Below the pieces are notes generated by a model, which saw nothing but the letters and a program-made list of their open reading frames with translations, was not told the DNA's origin and ran no database searches. A stretch of 64,000 nucleotides of DNA from Octopus bimaculoides (taxonomy: Eukaryota). This document shows, one piece after another, positions 62,787 to 64,000 of the stretch; within the stretch, counting starts at the first letter, position 1, and each line of letters begins with the position of its first letter. Made by a program: the position numbers and the translations under genes. The stretch spans positions 4,106,644-4,170,643 of the forward strand of contig NC_068999.1 in NCBI RefSeq assembly GCF_001194135.2, written 5' to 3'.

Positions 62787-64000
62787 TTACATCTGTTTTA
62801 TTGAAACTCTTAAATCGATGGAGTCATTGACACCTTTTCGATTGATGAGAATACATTGAACAATTATTATTAAGAGTTTTTAGATTTGTTTATCATTTGT
62901 GAAAAAAAAAAAAAAGGATTAGTAAAACTTTGACTTTTTGCCTATGAAAAGACTTCCACATTTTGACCTGGAAAACCTGCTTTACACGCAATATTCTTAT
63001 GGGGTCATTGGAGTGAAGAAGTGTCGAAAAGTTCGTTTGATGCAAAAACTGAAATATCTATAGGATAGTAAATTCTCAAGTTCATCCCAAAACAAAATCT
63101 CAAAGAAGTGTTATGCTGAAGAAGAAAAAAAACGTGGGAACAATGGTGAAAACTGCAGTGTTAGCGTCCAGGCTGTCTATGCAGCTCTACAGAGGAAGTA
63201 TAAAAGGTAATTATAGGAACCATCTTGATGCTGAACGAAGGAGAGACGAGATTTATGTTGAATGTTTAGTATTGCAGCAATTCCTGTATTTAAACCTCCC
63301 TTGAAATATATTTAACATGTGAGGAAACAGATAAGAGGACAAATCGAGGACAGGAGGGCTATATTGGTTGTGGGGGTACCTTTGTTTTAGTATTAAGTGG
63401 GACGTGGTGGCCAATTGAAAAAGGGAATAAGTTCCTGTGCGGGGGNNNNNNNNNNNNNNNGGGGGGGGGGGGATGAATAATATATTTTTTAATTTTACAA
63501 ATTCATTAAAGTGTCATTATGCTTTAATTAACGAGGTAGTAGTTATATTACCCTTAAGGTAATTTATCTGGATTTTCCTAGTTTGGTCTTGGTTTCATTT
63601 CAAATTTCAGTGTTGGCGACAATTCCTCCCTCTTTCTATATACCATGTTTCACCAGCTAGAAATGGCAACTAAATGACTCTCAAATCCCGTTTTATTGTC
63701 TTAAAAAATTAAGAATGTGGAGAATGTCGTCCTAGGTAAACGATGTCTCGCGAAGGTAAAAAAAAAATACGCACACCCGGTGGGAAACGGGTGGTGTGCG
63801 TATTCTTTACTTCCGCCACCATGTCTACGGAAAAGACTGGATGGTCACCACTGGCATGTCTTTAACTCGGTGATTGAAATAAGTTTCAAAAATTAGATGC
63901 ACGTTAAGTCATAGGGGTGGTTGCTTGTCCAAAGTATCTCGCAATTGTATCAAATCCGGAACCACGTGGTTGTGTAGTCACTATCCCACGTGCACCCAAA

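Overview
Eukaryotic, gap-containing draft assembly, very rich in microsatellites and SINEs. The repeat landscape and protein style point to an octopus (coleoid cephalopod); this is an inference. The window holds one complete protein-coding gene on the + strand, the NMDA receptor obligatory subunit GluN1/NR1 (GRIN1 orthologue). I traced 16 core coding exons from 5094 to 29109, all GT-AG with consistent phases (864 codons). Two 3' exons follow, 40286-40369 and 51167-51541, and both begin with a duplicated K-R-K/R-T-L-R-Q motif. The predicted proteins are 988 aa (exon 17 skipped) or 1016 aa (exon 17 included). The introns carry at least five dispersed SINE or SINE-like families, piggyBac-, Tc2- and hAT-type MITEs, a Penelope-like RT fragment and an R4/Dong LINE 3' end. 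Highlights: (1) a duplicated C-terminal exon at the intron position of the vertebrate C1 cassette; (2) several minimal hammerhead-ribozyme motifs from different repeat families, one with an intact catalytic core at 9252-9296 on the - strand; (3) inverted SINE pairs bracketing exon blocks, one predicting a circRNA that would encode a secreted N-terminal domain; (4) substitutions at glycine-site residues (S688-equivalent Ala, F484-equivalent Tyr). Most ORFs in the supplied track are microsatellite or N-gap artefacts. No searches were run, so family names rest on motif recognition and novelty is unverified.
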